A stretch of DNA of 64,000 bases, taken from assembly GCA_038087875.1 (NCBI GenBank), contig CM075985.1, forward strand, positions 12,338,001-12,402,000, read 5' to 3'. Positions 11,320-23,194 of the stretch are shown piece after piece (the first letter of the stretch is position 1; every line of letters starts with the position of its first letter). Made by a program: the position numbers and the translations under genes. This DNA comes from Malacoraja senta. Lineage: Eukaryota. Under the pieces are notes generated by a model that did no database searches, had not been told where the DNA came from, and saw only the letters and a program-made list of their open reading frames with translations.

Positions 11320-11536
11320 AAACTTCTGCTCTACTATCATTACTCCTGGATTTGCTTAGATGTTGTGAGGGAGAAATGTCTTCCATTTTGTCCTCACCGA
11401 TGGCCCCAGTGCAGAGGTCCCGGCTCTTCCTTTCCCAGCACTACCTGCAATGCCAGGCCCAGCACCAAGACACGTTTGAGACAGCAGCGCTTGTGCTAGG
11501 CATCAGAGAGTGGAGGCAGAGTGGCCAGACCTCACA
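11320..11536 (+). CDS. Uncharacterised gene exon (ETSALLSLLLDLLRCCEGEM...EWRQSGQTSQ)
   Basis: Strong acceptor and GTAAGT donor, phase 1-2. First exon of the in-frame chain running to 35701. Confidence 0.75.
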
Positions 11537-12410
11537 GTAAGTGAATCACAGGCACTGCAGTGTTAACCAAGCCAAGTACAGAAGCAAGGTCAGAATGTGG
11601 GTCACCCAAAATACCCAAAGTAGTAAAAAAAAGTGCAATAATCGCTGATAGAAAACTTAGAACTGCTAAAGTCTAGTCCATGAGAGGAGAGTCCAGGGAG
11701 TACAGTGGTTGGGTTCAATAGAAAGAGAGGCATTGGGAATGTCAGAGAGGGGACTGGCCTTGTAAGAGAGGAGATTGGATTACACAGGGAGAGGGGATTG
11801 CGGTGCAGAAAGTGGAAACTTGGCCTGGAGAAAGAAGGGAGCTGGGTTTTGAAGCTGGGTTTGTCACTGATTCAGAGGCGTGGGGAAGTGACGTCCTGTG
11901 AAGGAGTGTTTTGGGAAACAGAAAGACAGAAGAGTCTGGATTCTGGCAGAAGAAGGGGGATTGATGTTAAGAAAGAGAATAGTCAGGGAGACAGGAATAC
12001 AGAGAGAAGGGGGACTGGCTTCTGGAGAGAGAGGGTACTGTGATCCAGTAGAGATCAACGTTTTAGAAAGAGGAGGGGATAGTGTTTCAAATAGAGTGTG
12101 AAAGAGAGGGATATGGATTTGGGATCCTAAGAGAAGAGGCTTGAGATAATTAAATTACAGGGACTTCAACATGCTCACTCGGAAAGGAGACTGTGTTAGT
12201 GATTGATAGTTAGGGCTGGGTTTGGATGAGATTGGACAAATGATGGGATGAGGTAGGTTTTGGTGTTGAGGGAGGATTTTGGGCTCTGAAGGTTTGGAAA
12301 TTTAAGGTTGCCGATATGTACACTGCGGAGGTTGAGGGTATGATATTTTGTGAACAAATCTTACTGTATGATATTTAAGATTTAACACTGTTTAAATAAC
12401 TTTTTCCAAG

Positions 12411-12603
12411 GTTATATGAGAGTAGGAATGAAATGTTAGCTGTGAGCAGACTGCAGGATTTCATCTGCACAACCTATCCTCAGAATCCAAAGCAATCAGT
12501 GGTCACAACCTTTGATCCCAAAGCATTAGCAAAGCTGGGACGGATTCACATTCAGAAGATGATTTTGGAACAGTTATGTAAAAATCATCATGAGGAACGA
12601 ACA
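12411..12603 (+). CDS. Uncharacterised gene exon (LYESRNEMLAVSRLQDF...LEQLCKNHHEERT)
   Basis: AG acceptor and GTAAGT donor, phase 2-0, joins the previous exon in frame. Confidence 0.75.
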
Positions 12604-12719
12604 GTAAGTTGTCATTGCTTACGTGACTTTATCTAATGTACTCAACGAAATAAGTGGGATTGTTAATATTTAAATCTATATTATGACTGTTTCAAAGTCA
12701 TGCAAATTCCTTGACCGGT

Positions 12720-13720
12720 AAGTCCCATCCACAGCAGTATTGTGATGGACCAATCAATGTCTGCCACTCTCTGTAATCTCCAACGGGTTGCGGATCCAAG
12801 CCATAATGCACCAGTCAATATGCTCTCTACCGTACACTTGTAGAGGTTCGATAGAGTATTTGCCAACTTACTGAATCTCCACAGCTTTCTAACGGAAGCA
12901 GAGGCATTTTGAGCCTCCTAAGTGATTGCATCGATGTGCTAGACCAGGACACATCTTCAGGAGATACGCACCCAGGAATTTGAAACAGTTCACTCGATCC
13001 ACCACTGTCCTATCGATGGAGACAAGTTCATGGATCCTCGGCTTTCCCTTCCTGAAGTCAACAATCAGCTCCTTGGTCTTGCTAACATTGAGAGCAAGAT
13101 TGTTGTTCTGACAACATTCAATCCGATTTTCAATCTCTCTCCTCTACTTTGACTCATTGTTACCTGTTATTCGTCCAATTCATTGATACAATGGTGAATC
13201 ATCAGAAAATGTAAAGATGGCATTGGAGCTGCCTATAGAGTAGAAGCTGGGGATTGAGCACACAGCTTTTAAATGCACCTGTGGCTAAACAGTCATGGAT
13301 ATTGAGAGAGCAGAGCAGAGCAGGGACTGAGCACACAGCCTGTGTATTAAGGAGAAAGTGGTGTTGCCTATTCACACTGATTGTGGTCTGCTGATGAGGA
13401 AGTCAAGGATCCAATTACTTTGGGATGAACAGAGACCCAGTTCTCAGAGTTTGATAAGTTTGGAGGGGTTGAAAGCCGAGCTGTAGTCAATGAAAACAGC
13501 CTGACATCCATATTCTTATGTCCCAGCGGTCCAGTGCAGAGTGGAGAGCCAGCGATATCGCATCCCCTGTTCATTTATTGTGCAGGTAGATGAATTGTAC
13601 TGGGTCTAGGTCCTTACTTATTTAAAACACGTGTTGTTATGTGTCATAACCAACCTCTCAAAGCACTTCATCACCACAGTTGGTAGTCGTTGAGGCATAT
13701 TACCTTACTCTTGTAGGGCA
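12720..13720 (-). mobile_element. Rex1/Babar-type LINE RT fragment (degenerate)
   Basis: Reverse-strand remnants ELIVDFRKG, FKFLG, NLYKCTVESILTG. Confidence 0.7.
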
Positions 13721-13937
13721 CCCACATGATAGATATTTATTCATCCTGCCTGACAGTGATCGATGGGCAGAGAAGAAGTAGCCTTACTCTGGGCTTGGAG
13801 AGGAAGCTTCACTTGACATTTCCCTCGTAATATTTTGAAACAATCAGAATATTTCATCAGTGAGTGAATTAAATCCTACTCCAACCATTTGTAATTTTGT
13901 TTTATAATAGTTGCTACTACAGTTTATTTACAAGCAG

Positions 13938-14060
13938 ATGATACCAGGAATTGATGTGGAGCCTTGCACAGAGAAGTTGGTATGTAACGATACTCCTATT
14001 AACAGCCAGAATGAAATCTGGGTTAACCCCCCATCAAGCAGGCCAGGACATACCACGGGT
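13938..14060 (+). CDS. Uncharacterised gene exon (MIPGIDVEPCTEKLVCND...RPGHTTG)
   Basis: CAG acceptor and GTAAGT donor, 123 nt, phase 0-0. Confidence 0.6.
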
Positions 14061-14119
14061 GTAAGTATTTGTTATCTGTCGTAAGCCTCTTTTCCTTGGA
14101 TTTTACTGTTAATGTCATT

Positions 14120-14800
14120 GTCATGGTTTTAATACGAGTTATATTTGTAATAGTTTCTAAATACTCCTCAAATAGACTTGTCTGGTCAGGTTGATTGTCA
14201 AATGCACAGGTGTATGATAAGGCGTGGGTACTATGAAAAATCTTTCTTGCAGCAACATCACAGGCAACAGAGACTCGGACAACACACAAAGACAAATTAT
14301 CCATAAATTACACAAAATTCCTGAAAGAAAACTGCAAAAATCAGAACATGAGTGCAAAAACATAATTAGAAAAAAAAACAAGTCTATAGTCATGCAAGAG
14401 GCAGAAGGTAGTGTCCCATTGTTGAGCAAGGATTATGGTTGTGTTGGTTGTTACAAGAACCTGATACGTAGGAAAGTAGCTGTTCCTGAACCAGGTGATG
14501 TGGGACTTCAGGCTTCTACCTCCTGCCTGATAGTGAAAGTGAAAAGAGGGCATGGCCCGATGGTGGGGATCCTTGATAATAAATGCCACCTTCATAAGGC
14601 GGTGCCCCACGTAGATGCTTTTGATGGAGAGATCCATGGTGGACCAGGCTGAGACCACCACTCTCTGCAGCCTCTCACCTTTCCGTGCATTGGAATTACC
14701 ATACCAGCTCATGATGCAACCAGTCAGCTTGTAAAGGTTAGAGTATTCAGAGACATACCGAATTTCTTTAAACTTCTGAGAAAGTAGAGACGCGTGACTC
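14120..14800 (-). mobile_element. Rex1/Babar-type LINE 3' fragment (degenerate)
   Basis: Reverse-strand CIMSWYGNS...ERLQRVV...IIKDPHH...FRNSYFPT. Confidence 0.7.
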
Positions 14801-14880
14801 ATAGGATTCTTTGGTCATGATTAAATAGACTGCTGGGTTAACATGACTATTTTGTTGTAACAATTGTTAATCATTTATGG

Positions 14881-15113
14881 CAGGGGTTCCCAACTTTTTT
14901 ATCCCTGGTAACTTTAATAGCACATAACAATGTTATTTCACTTATTTATGAACAACTAATGATGAACAGATACCGGTATACCAGAACCAAACACAGTCAG
15001 TCAATCAGAAAAAATACGCACAAATCCAGAATCAACTAATTTACCCCCTGGGTAGGCGAAATTTACCCCCTGGGTAAATTTATCTGAAATTTATCCCAGG
15101 TTGGGAACCCTTG
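14881..15113. mobile_element. hAT (Charlie-like) non-autonomous MITE
   Basis: TIRs CAGGGGTTCCCAAC...GTTGGGAACCCTTG and an 8-bp TSD ATTTATGG at 14873-14880 and 15114-15121. Confidence 0.85.
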
Positions 15114-15921
15114 ATTTATGGGCTTTGGACACCACGGGGTTAAGGCAAGCAATTATTTCAATCCTAAAGTGCTTTTGAGAAAGCGGCGGTAAGCTACCAC
15201 CTTAAACTGCTGCAGTCCACACAGAGAAGGAAGAAGGTGTGAGGCTGGGAGGGAATCTGGCAGGAGAGTAGTACTATCCTGAGACAACCCTAATCCTTCC
15301 AGCTGTTGTCAAAGTCAAAGTGGTCATAGGTGGGTGAGATACTGTCATAGAAGCTTCTCTGATTTTCTACAGTGCATTTTGTACGTCTACTTTGTACAAT
15401 ATATCTTAGCCACTAGCATGTAAGAATACTGCTTTATCCTGGAAGATGTTGACAGTTCTGAGTCTTGTTGGAGCTGTGCTGATTGAGAGTGAGGAATATG
15501 CTGACTCACTTTTGATTTGTGCCTGTTGTTGATGGAAAGGCTTTGGGGAACTAAACCTGATTACCATGGTTTCAAACTACCCCAATAGACAAAGTACACT
15601 TGAGGATGCTCTAGTTAATTTTCTGCTCATTATTGGCATCCAGATGTCGATATCAGGACTTTTGGGGCATGGTAATGATACTGAATGTGGAGGAGAGGCA
15701 GTCAGGTTCCCTCTGGGAAATTGCCCGTTGTTTATGTGGTGCAAGCATATCTTATTTATCAGTTTTGCTTGTTACACACTATTCACTGAAATTCATCTTC
15801 TTTTGTCCATGTTTGGACAAAGGCTGGAATGACATCTGCAGCTGATTGGCTCTTGCAGAATTCAACCTGAGGAGTGGCAAATGGAATACTGTAAATAGCA
15901 CTGTTGATATGTTCTATTATT

Positions 15922-16480
15922 ATTGAATTGAAAACATTTTGTTAGCCAAATTTGTATACATACAAGGAATTTGCCTTGGTGCTTTGCTTGCAAGTAACAA
16001 CACGATATACAGTAGACAATTAAAAATAAAACATTATAATTTAAACATGTGAAGAATTGAATAAAATACCAGAGCACAAGGAGGCTACAGACTTTTGGCT
16101 GTTGAGTAGAGCTACAACTCGTGGAAAAAAAGCTGTTTTTATGTCTGGCTGTGGCGGCTTTGACAAGCCAGAGTCGCCTTCCAGAGGGAAGTGTTTCAAA
16201 GAGATTGCGGCCAGGGTGAGAGGGGTCAGAGATGATCTTACCCTCTCCCTTCCTGGCCCTTGCAGTGTACAGTTCGTCAATGAGGGGGAAGGTTGCAGCC
16301 AACAACCTTCTTGGCTGATCAAACAATGCGCTGCAGCCTCCGGATGTCGTGCTTGGTGGCTGAGCCAAACCAGACCATGGTGGAGAAGGTGAGGACAGAC
16401 TCTATGATGGCAGTATAAAACTGGACCATCATTGCCTGTGGCAGATTGTGTTTTCACAGCTGCCGCAGGAAGTTTGCTAA
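15922..16480 (-). mobile_element. Rex1/Babar-type LINE 3' end
   Basis: Reverse-strand KIISDPSHPG..LFETLPSGRRL...RHKNSFF with a (TTCAA)n tail near 15922. Confidence 0.85.
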
Positions 16481-17773
16481 TGAACAAAACATGAATGGGG
16501 GTCCTAATTGGCTGGTTTGGATTTGTCCTGCTTTTTGTGGACAGATCGTATCAGTGCAATATCATGTAGATTCATTGATACTTGAGAAATTCCAATGACA
16601 CAATGATATTCCAATAGTTATACACCTGACTAGAAATCCCACTAGTTTTGGAGCACAAGTTTTCATCATGACAGCCTTTGCCTTTCGCTATCTTCTTCCC
16701 AATTTCTTGACAGCATATGGAATGTATGGAATTAATTGAGATGAGATCATATATTTGACATTGCTGTCTGAAGACAATTCAAATTAATTCAGGGTTATCT
16801 ATGAGATTCGCATTCACCATCCATGGAAGTAGGAACATCCATGGAACATCCTTTTTCTGTTAATTATTTGATTGTCCACCACTATTTGGAGTAGGTTGGC
16901 AGAACCAGTAAATTGGAGAATTGCTCACCTCGGGCTGCAGCACACATCTTCCAATGTTTAGTTGGGATGTCATTGTTGGGTAGCTTCACCAGGTTGGCAT
17001 CTTGTGTTTATGCACATTTGGTGCTGCTACTGGAATACTCTTCATTGAATCCCCATTTTATCATCATTGGTCCCCTGATAATGGTAACAGTAGAGTAGGA
17101 GAATGGAAGGCTCCGAGTTTACAAATTGTGGTGAAAATCAGGTCTGTGACTGCTATAGGTGCCCAGCCTATAGGTGTCCATCATAGGTGCCCAGCCTTGA
17201 GCTACAGTACTGAATTTAGTGTGGTTAACATGATCATCGTATCATAAGGTAATAGGGAGGGTGGACTCAGTGTGAACATTCACTTCAACAAAATTGATTG
17301 TAAGTTCACCTGGAATACAGGGACTGGTTCTGGTCTGAATTAGTGTGTCAATTACTGGTGGCCAAGGTACGAGAGTTCTAGTGAGTGCAGAAGGGCTAAA
17401 AAGATGAACTTCTTGGCCTGCAGAGACTGGGTTTAAAAATGTCTGGTCAAAAGTCAGCTCTTCATTCTAATCGGGGCAAACCAGAGGATGAACAATGTAG
17501 TGATGTTTAAATCCTGACTGTAACTGCAAAGTAAACCAGAAGTGTAGGGCAAGGGCTCAATTTTATTATCAATTCAGAAATGAACATGAGGATGTGCAGT
17601 ATCAACAGAAGCAATGTGCAGTGGATAGATAAAGGACACAAACACCCCAAGGTCAATTAAAGAACTGGATGTTGCCGTGGTAGGGACGGAGGCATGATGG
17701 ACCAAGGCCTCAACTAGCTTTCCCCAATGTGAGTTATTGATGATTGTGTGAATTACGAACCTCTTACCTTCAG

Positions 17774-17950
17774 AGTGAGAAAAGTGATCTTCAGCTCAGT
17801 CTCTTGGAGAAAGCCTTTGTTCTGTACTGGGAAAGGAAGGAGACCACAGTGCAGCTGAGGAGGCAAAGTCCAGCCATCGTGGGGCTCATGGAGCTACAGC
17901 TCATGCAACTGGTCAATGTCCAGGAACTAACCCACCAGATGGAGGGACAG
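17774..17950 (+). CDS. Uncharacterised gene exon (SEKSDLQLSLLEKAFVLYWERKE...ELTHQMEGQ)
   Basis: CCTTCAG acceptor and CAG|GTGAGA donor, 177 nt, phase 0-0. Confidence 0.8.
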
Positions 17951-18982
17951 GTGAGAAATTTGTGCTGCCTCTGGACTGACACATTTGTGTTGTGGTTCTT
18001 TGCATTAGATTCTCTGCAATAAGATTTCTTTATTGTGGTGCATACTGAGCTCTCTGTCTTGTATTAGGTTCAATGCATGGAGTGTAAATTGGAGGCTCTG
18101 TACTGGGTTACCTGTATTAGGTTTTAATGTGTTAAGAAATTTATTAATTCATAGATGATGAGCTTTGGCGTTAAGGCTGGCATTTTCTGTCCATTTCTAT
18201 GTGCCCCTGGTCCATTTCAAACTACCATTTAAAAGTCAACCACATTGATGGATCTTGACTCACATGTAGGTCAGACCAAGTAAGGACAGTAGATTCATTC
18301 CCTGCATGACATTGGTGAACCAGGTAAGTATCTACTAGATTCAAGGTCACCCTTACTGATAAATAGTATTGCCTTTTAATTCCAGATGTATTGAATTAAC
18401 TCAATTTAAATTCCCCAATTATCGTGGTAGGATTCAAACATACATTTTTGGACATCTGGATACTTGTCAAATCACTTAAACACCACACTTCCCTGCCCTC
18501 TATGGGAATTCACCATAATGGATTTACTTTGAGTTCCCTCTTTTGCGGTTCACTGTATCGAGGTTCATTTATTTGAATTCTTTGTTTTGGGATTCAGAAT
18601 TGAGTCACACAATTGGTTACTGTGTTGGGTTCTCTGTAAGGGTCTCAGTGCTGGAGTTCATTGTTGGGTCCCTCAATTGTGATTCACTACATTGAGATCT
18701 CTTTTTGAGTTTCATAACTATTGTCTCTGAATTGTGATTCACCATGTTGGAGCCTCCATATATTGGGATTTATCATTGTGGTCTCTGAACTGTGTTTTAC
18801 TGTAATGGGTCTTGGGGTTCAATGTATTGGGGTTCATTATTAGGAGCTGAACTGTGATTAACTGTACAGTGGTTCACTATCAGCAACTTTAAATTGTGAT
18901 TCACTGCTCTGGATTCACTATATTGGTTAACTTATATTGTACAACTGCTTATTGTACAACCCCATTATATCTTTTGTTTCAG

Positions 18983-19109
18983 TTTACGAATGACCTGGTA
19001 AGCACTTACTGCTCACTACACGATGACTGGCAGAACAACCAGCACTATAACAACCTGGCAGTCATGTTCCTGGAGCTAGTTACACCAGAGATGGATGTTG
19101 ATCAGATTG
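18983..19109 (+). CDS. Uncharacterised gene exon (FTNDLVSTYCSLHDDWQNNQHYNNLAVMFLELVTPEMDVDQI)
   Basis: TTTGTTTCAG acceptor and GTAAGG donor, phase 0-1. Confidence 0.8.
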
Positions 19110-19641
19110 GTAAGGGTCCTGGGTATGGCTAGAAATGAATGTGGGGATGAACATGAAGTAGAGATTAGAGATGAGGATGGAGATTGAGATCATTGTGGAG
19201 TTCACCAATATGGGAAGTTGGAATAGGGAGTAAAGATAAGAATAGTAAAGGAGATAGGAATAGAGAGGATAGACATGGAAGTCGGATGGAGGTGAAGATT
19301 AAGATGTTGAATATTGAGCTGGATATGAGGATAGGGATGGAATTGAGAATGTTGAGGATGTGGTAGAAATGCCAAAAGACTTGAAGATTGGGATGAGTTG
19401 GGAATTAGAATTGGAATGAAACAAATTTGGGAGATGGAGATGGAGTTGAGCATGGCGGTCGAGAAGAGAGATGTGAGGGCTGAGTAGTTCCAAGAGGTCT
19501 GGGTTATGTTTTGTTAGCCACGCCCGAACAATATACCTGTGTCTCACAGATCAGACATACGTTCCCTCCCCCTGACCCTCGCCCTCTTTGATTCTGTTTT
19601 TTTTATTAGTTCTTGAAACATGGCAAGATATCATTAATCAC

Positions 19642-19644
<3 letters not shown>

Positions 19645-19690
<46 letters not shown>
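19645..19690. repeat. (TC)23 microsatellite
   Basis: Directly visible. Same length in the duplicate copy at 51149-51194. Confidence 0.95.
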
Positions 19691-19692
<2 letters not shown>

Positions 19693-21315
19693 ACCCACCC
19701 TCCTCCACACCCACACACTCTCTTCATGTAAGTCTTCCCTAGATTTTTTTATTTTCATCTCTTTCCTCTTCTCACTCATTTTACCTTCATTTCCCTCTCA
19801 ATCCATGATCATAAGAATTTAAACTTGTGTGAGCCTCTGCCATGAATTGTACTCGCAACTATTCACCGAGTTCCACTGATGCATGAAGGTGAGACAATAC
19901 TCATGCACATTCTTAGCTCTCGTAACCAAATTGACATTTCTCCACCTCTCTTTCTGCTTGCCTCTCTTTCTTCTTCTGTTCTCTCACCCTTTTCATTATT
20001 TTCCTTTCTCTGTCACCTTTTTCTGAACCTCCCTCGATTTCTGCCTTTCTATCCTTACTTCATCCAGCTTTGAGATATTTCCACATAACAGAGCAGGTGT
20101 TGGACCTCTTAGTTCTAGGAAGATTCCTGTGGGTTCAACCACGACTAGCACATCACTGAGTCTGCCAAGGAGGTTAAGATTAATCTCTATTAATCCTTAG
20201 AGTTTCTGTGCTACATCATAACAGTGGATTAGGGAGAGACCTGAAGGTTAAAAGGAGAATCTGAGGATTAACTTTTTAGTGCTGGAGTAACTCAGTGGGC
20301 CAGGCAGCATATCTGGAGAACATGGATAGGTGAAGTATTGGGTCGGGACCCTTCTTCTAACTTCAGCCAGTCCCTTGAAATACATGGCTTTTTTTCTAGT
20401 GAGGTGCCACAAAGATCTGTGCTGGGCACCTATCTGTTCACAATCTTTATCAATTATTTTGATGAGAGAACCAAATGTAATATAACCAAAATTGCTGGGT
20501 GGAAGTGTGAGCTGTAAGTGGAATACAATAGACTTTGAGGGGTTTAGGCTGGCTAAGTGAAAAGCTGAGGACATATTTGCCTTCTTTAGTATTTAAAAAA
20601 GTCTATTTTATATAGTAAGATATTGGAAAAGTATTGGTGTTCAGGGGATATGAATATGACAGTAAGAATATCCAGCTGAAATTTTAGATTGTCCAAGTGA
20701 AAATGAGAGTGGAATATTGTGCACCGGTCTTCCTACCCAAGGACTGATATACTTGTGATCAAAGGCGTGTAGTGCAGATTTACCAGATTGATGATTAGGG
20801 TAAAAATATTAAATTATCTATCCAAACAGGAGGGATTAAGCATCCTGCATTAGACTTGAGTTTTGAGGAACGAGTGATCTCGGTGAAAAGTAGAACATTG
20901 TCATGGGGCTTGACAGGGGAAGTGGAGTGTCCAGAGAACAAAGGGGTCTGGAACAAAGGCTCAGATCAGAGGTAAAGAGTTGCCCATTACGGACTGAGAT
21001 GAGAAGAAACTTCTTCACCCGTGGGATAGTGAATAATTGGGATTTTCACCCAAGATAATTGTGGAGGTTCAGCCATTGGATATATTTAAGATATGAAAGT
21101 AATCAAAGAATATGTGATCAGTGTAGGAGAATGGTATTGAGGTAAAAGATCAATCATGCTCTCAATCAATCAATGATTCAAGAGATATAGGGGCAGCCAC
21201 CCTATCCCTGCTTCTATCTCCTCTGTTCTTCCATGTTTATTAAAGATGGGTTCTGAGAGTTGGAAAATGGGTCAGTTTGGCATGGAAAGGGGACAGGGGT
21301 CATGGAATGCAGGAG

Positions 21316-21459
21316 AGGGTGGGAGATTGCAACCTTCACGTGGGAAGGCCCTGTTTCAACGAATGCAATCAACCTGGCGTGCACAATCAAATAAGATCAA
21401 ATAGAACAAGTTGTCCTACAACTTTAGGCTGTGCACGCCATACGCAAGAAGAAGAAGAA
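21316..21459 (+). mobile_element. Short non-LTR retroposon 3' end with (GAA)n tail (RTE-like, inferred)
   Basis: TSD GAATGCAGGAG at 21305-21315 and 21460-21470, internal hairpin arms TGGCGTGCACA/TGTGCACGCCA, GAA tail. Confidence 0.7.
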
Positions 21460-21565
21460 GAATGCAGGAGCTGAGAATGGGCACTGACTTGCTCCTCTAT
21501 ATGTTTATTCCATGGGAGGGTCTGTCCAGGCATTGTTTAAACACGTGACTTTTTGTATCTGACAG

Positions 21566-21723
21566 AGCAGGGTCTGGGATCTGCTGATGTTTCGGTGCAT
21601 GACAACATGGATAATGGAGTTGTGTTGGACATCTGCAAGGTTAAACCATCTGCTGTTAGAGGTGATGCCATCAATTCCAGTGAAATAACTGTACCAACTC
21701 TGGACAACTTTCCATTGCCACAG
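21566..21723 (+). CDS. Uncharacterised gene exon (EQGLGSADVSVHDNMDNG...LDNFPLPQ)
   Basis: Phase 1-0 with a CAG|GTGAGT donor, joins the 18983 exon in frame. Confidence 0.75.
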
Positions 21724-22996
21724 GTGAGTTGGCTGAGTTGGGATTAATGCAAATGCAAATAATCTAGGCCCAATCTCTGGAAAGTACATCCTGGGTTTTC
21801 TCACACCCATCACAGTTCCTCCATCGAGCAAGGTGGCCTTGTTTGTTGCCTTCTCACTAAGACTTCGTCTACCCCCCTCATTAATGGCAGATCAGCTTCA
21901 AGCTCCTTCGATGAGTATTCTGGACTCCGTGCCAGGGAACTTTCCCGTGAGCTGGCACTCCAAATTTCCAAGCTACAAATTCCAGGAGTGCTTGCACAAG
22001 ACCCCAGTGTCACATGCACATACACCAAATGAAGCCTGCTTCCTGGACCCTGTGAGTCCTGAGGTTGTGGGCAGATTTGAATGGCCTGGAGTTCTCATTG
22101 AAATCTCCAGGAACCCTGCATATTGAGGGAAATGTTTCTTACAACTGCAAGTGGAGAGGGTTGTGCATCACCAGGGATGATCTTGGAGGTGGATTCAATT
22201 ACACCATTCATAAGGAAGCTGGATGAGGATCCAAAAGGAAATTAACAAGGCAATAGGGAGAGTTGGAAAGCATGACTAGCTAGATTGCCCTAACATGGAC
22301 CTGATGGGCCAGATCACCACCTGCCATACTGTAACCATTCTCAGAGTCAGAGTAACAGATGCCAGGTTCAAAACTCACCAGCTTCAGGCCCAGGGAATGA
22401 ACACTGCAAAGGGGAGGGGGTAAGAGTCAGAGGCTTCATATCCAAGCAGGGAGGAAGAGAGAGCCTGCAGCCCTAGGTAGTGAGAGAGAATGAGAGGAGA
22501 GACTGCACCTTTGGCAGAGGGGGGAGTCAGTACCTCCAGGGAGGGGAGAGCAAAAGCAGCTTCAGGGGCGGGGGAAGAAAGTCACAGGGGGGAGAGAATA
22601 GACACTTTCAAGGGATGGGGAGAGAGTCTGCACTCAGGAGCAGAAAGCCTATTGGTTTGAGATATTTGGTGAGAAGCTGGGAGAGTGGTTTGATTGCTTG
22701 AACGTGGCTCGTTGTTGGACTCTGACATTTATGGGCCACTGTTGCCTGTCCATCCGTTGTCCCAATAGTACTGACTGTCCTGCTCCCTCCACATAGAATT
22801 GGATCATTTCATGTGCATCTGTATATGCCTGTGTAGTCCAGTGGAGACTAATCTGAACATATATGGTGGGGGGGGGTGGAAGGCTGAGTGATGTCCGCTC
22901 AAGGAAAGGCGTTGTGATTTCTTGGTGTTAAGTGAAAGTCACGACTGTGCTGAGATCCACGAGCCTCCATATTAGCTTCTGTTTCTTTTCTTAAAG

Positions 22997-23194
22997 GAAC
23001 CAACCCTTGAGGTGCACAAATTGGAGGAGCTGGAGGAGATTTGTGTTGGTTATCCAGAAAACATAGAAAAAATGGATCTGGGGATTCCAATTGAAGCTTC
23101 AGCAAAAGTCAAGAGTGAGATATGTGAAGCAGAAGGGGGCTTAGTGAGGGATCAGCAACACCTGAAGGAGACGGATTCAAAGTCTGGAGAGCTG
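22997..23194 (+). CDS. Uncharacterised gene exon (EPTLEVHKLEELEEIC...KETDSKSGEL)
   Basis: TTTCTTTTCTTAAAG acceptor and GTGAGA donor, 198 nt, phase 0-0. Confidence 0.75.
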
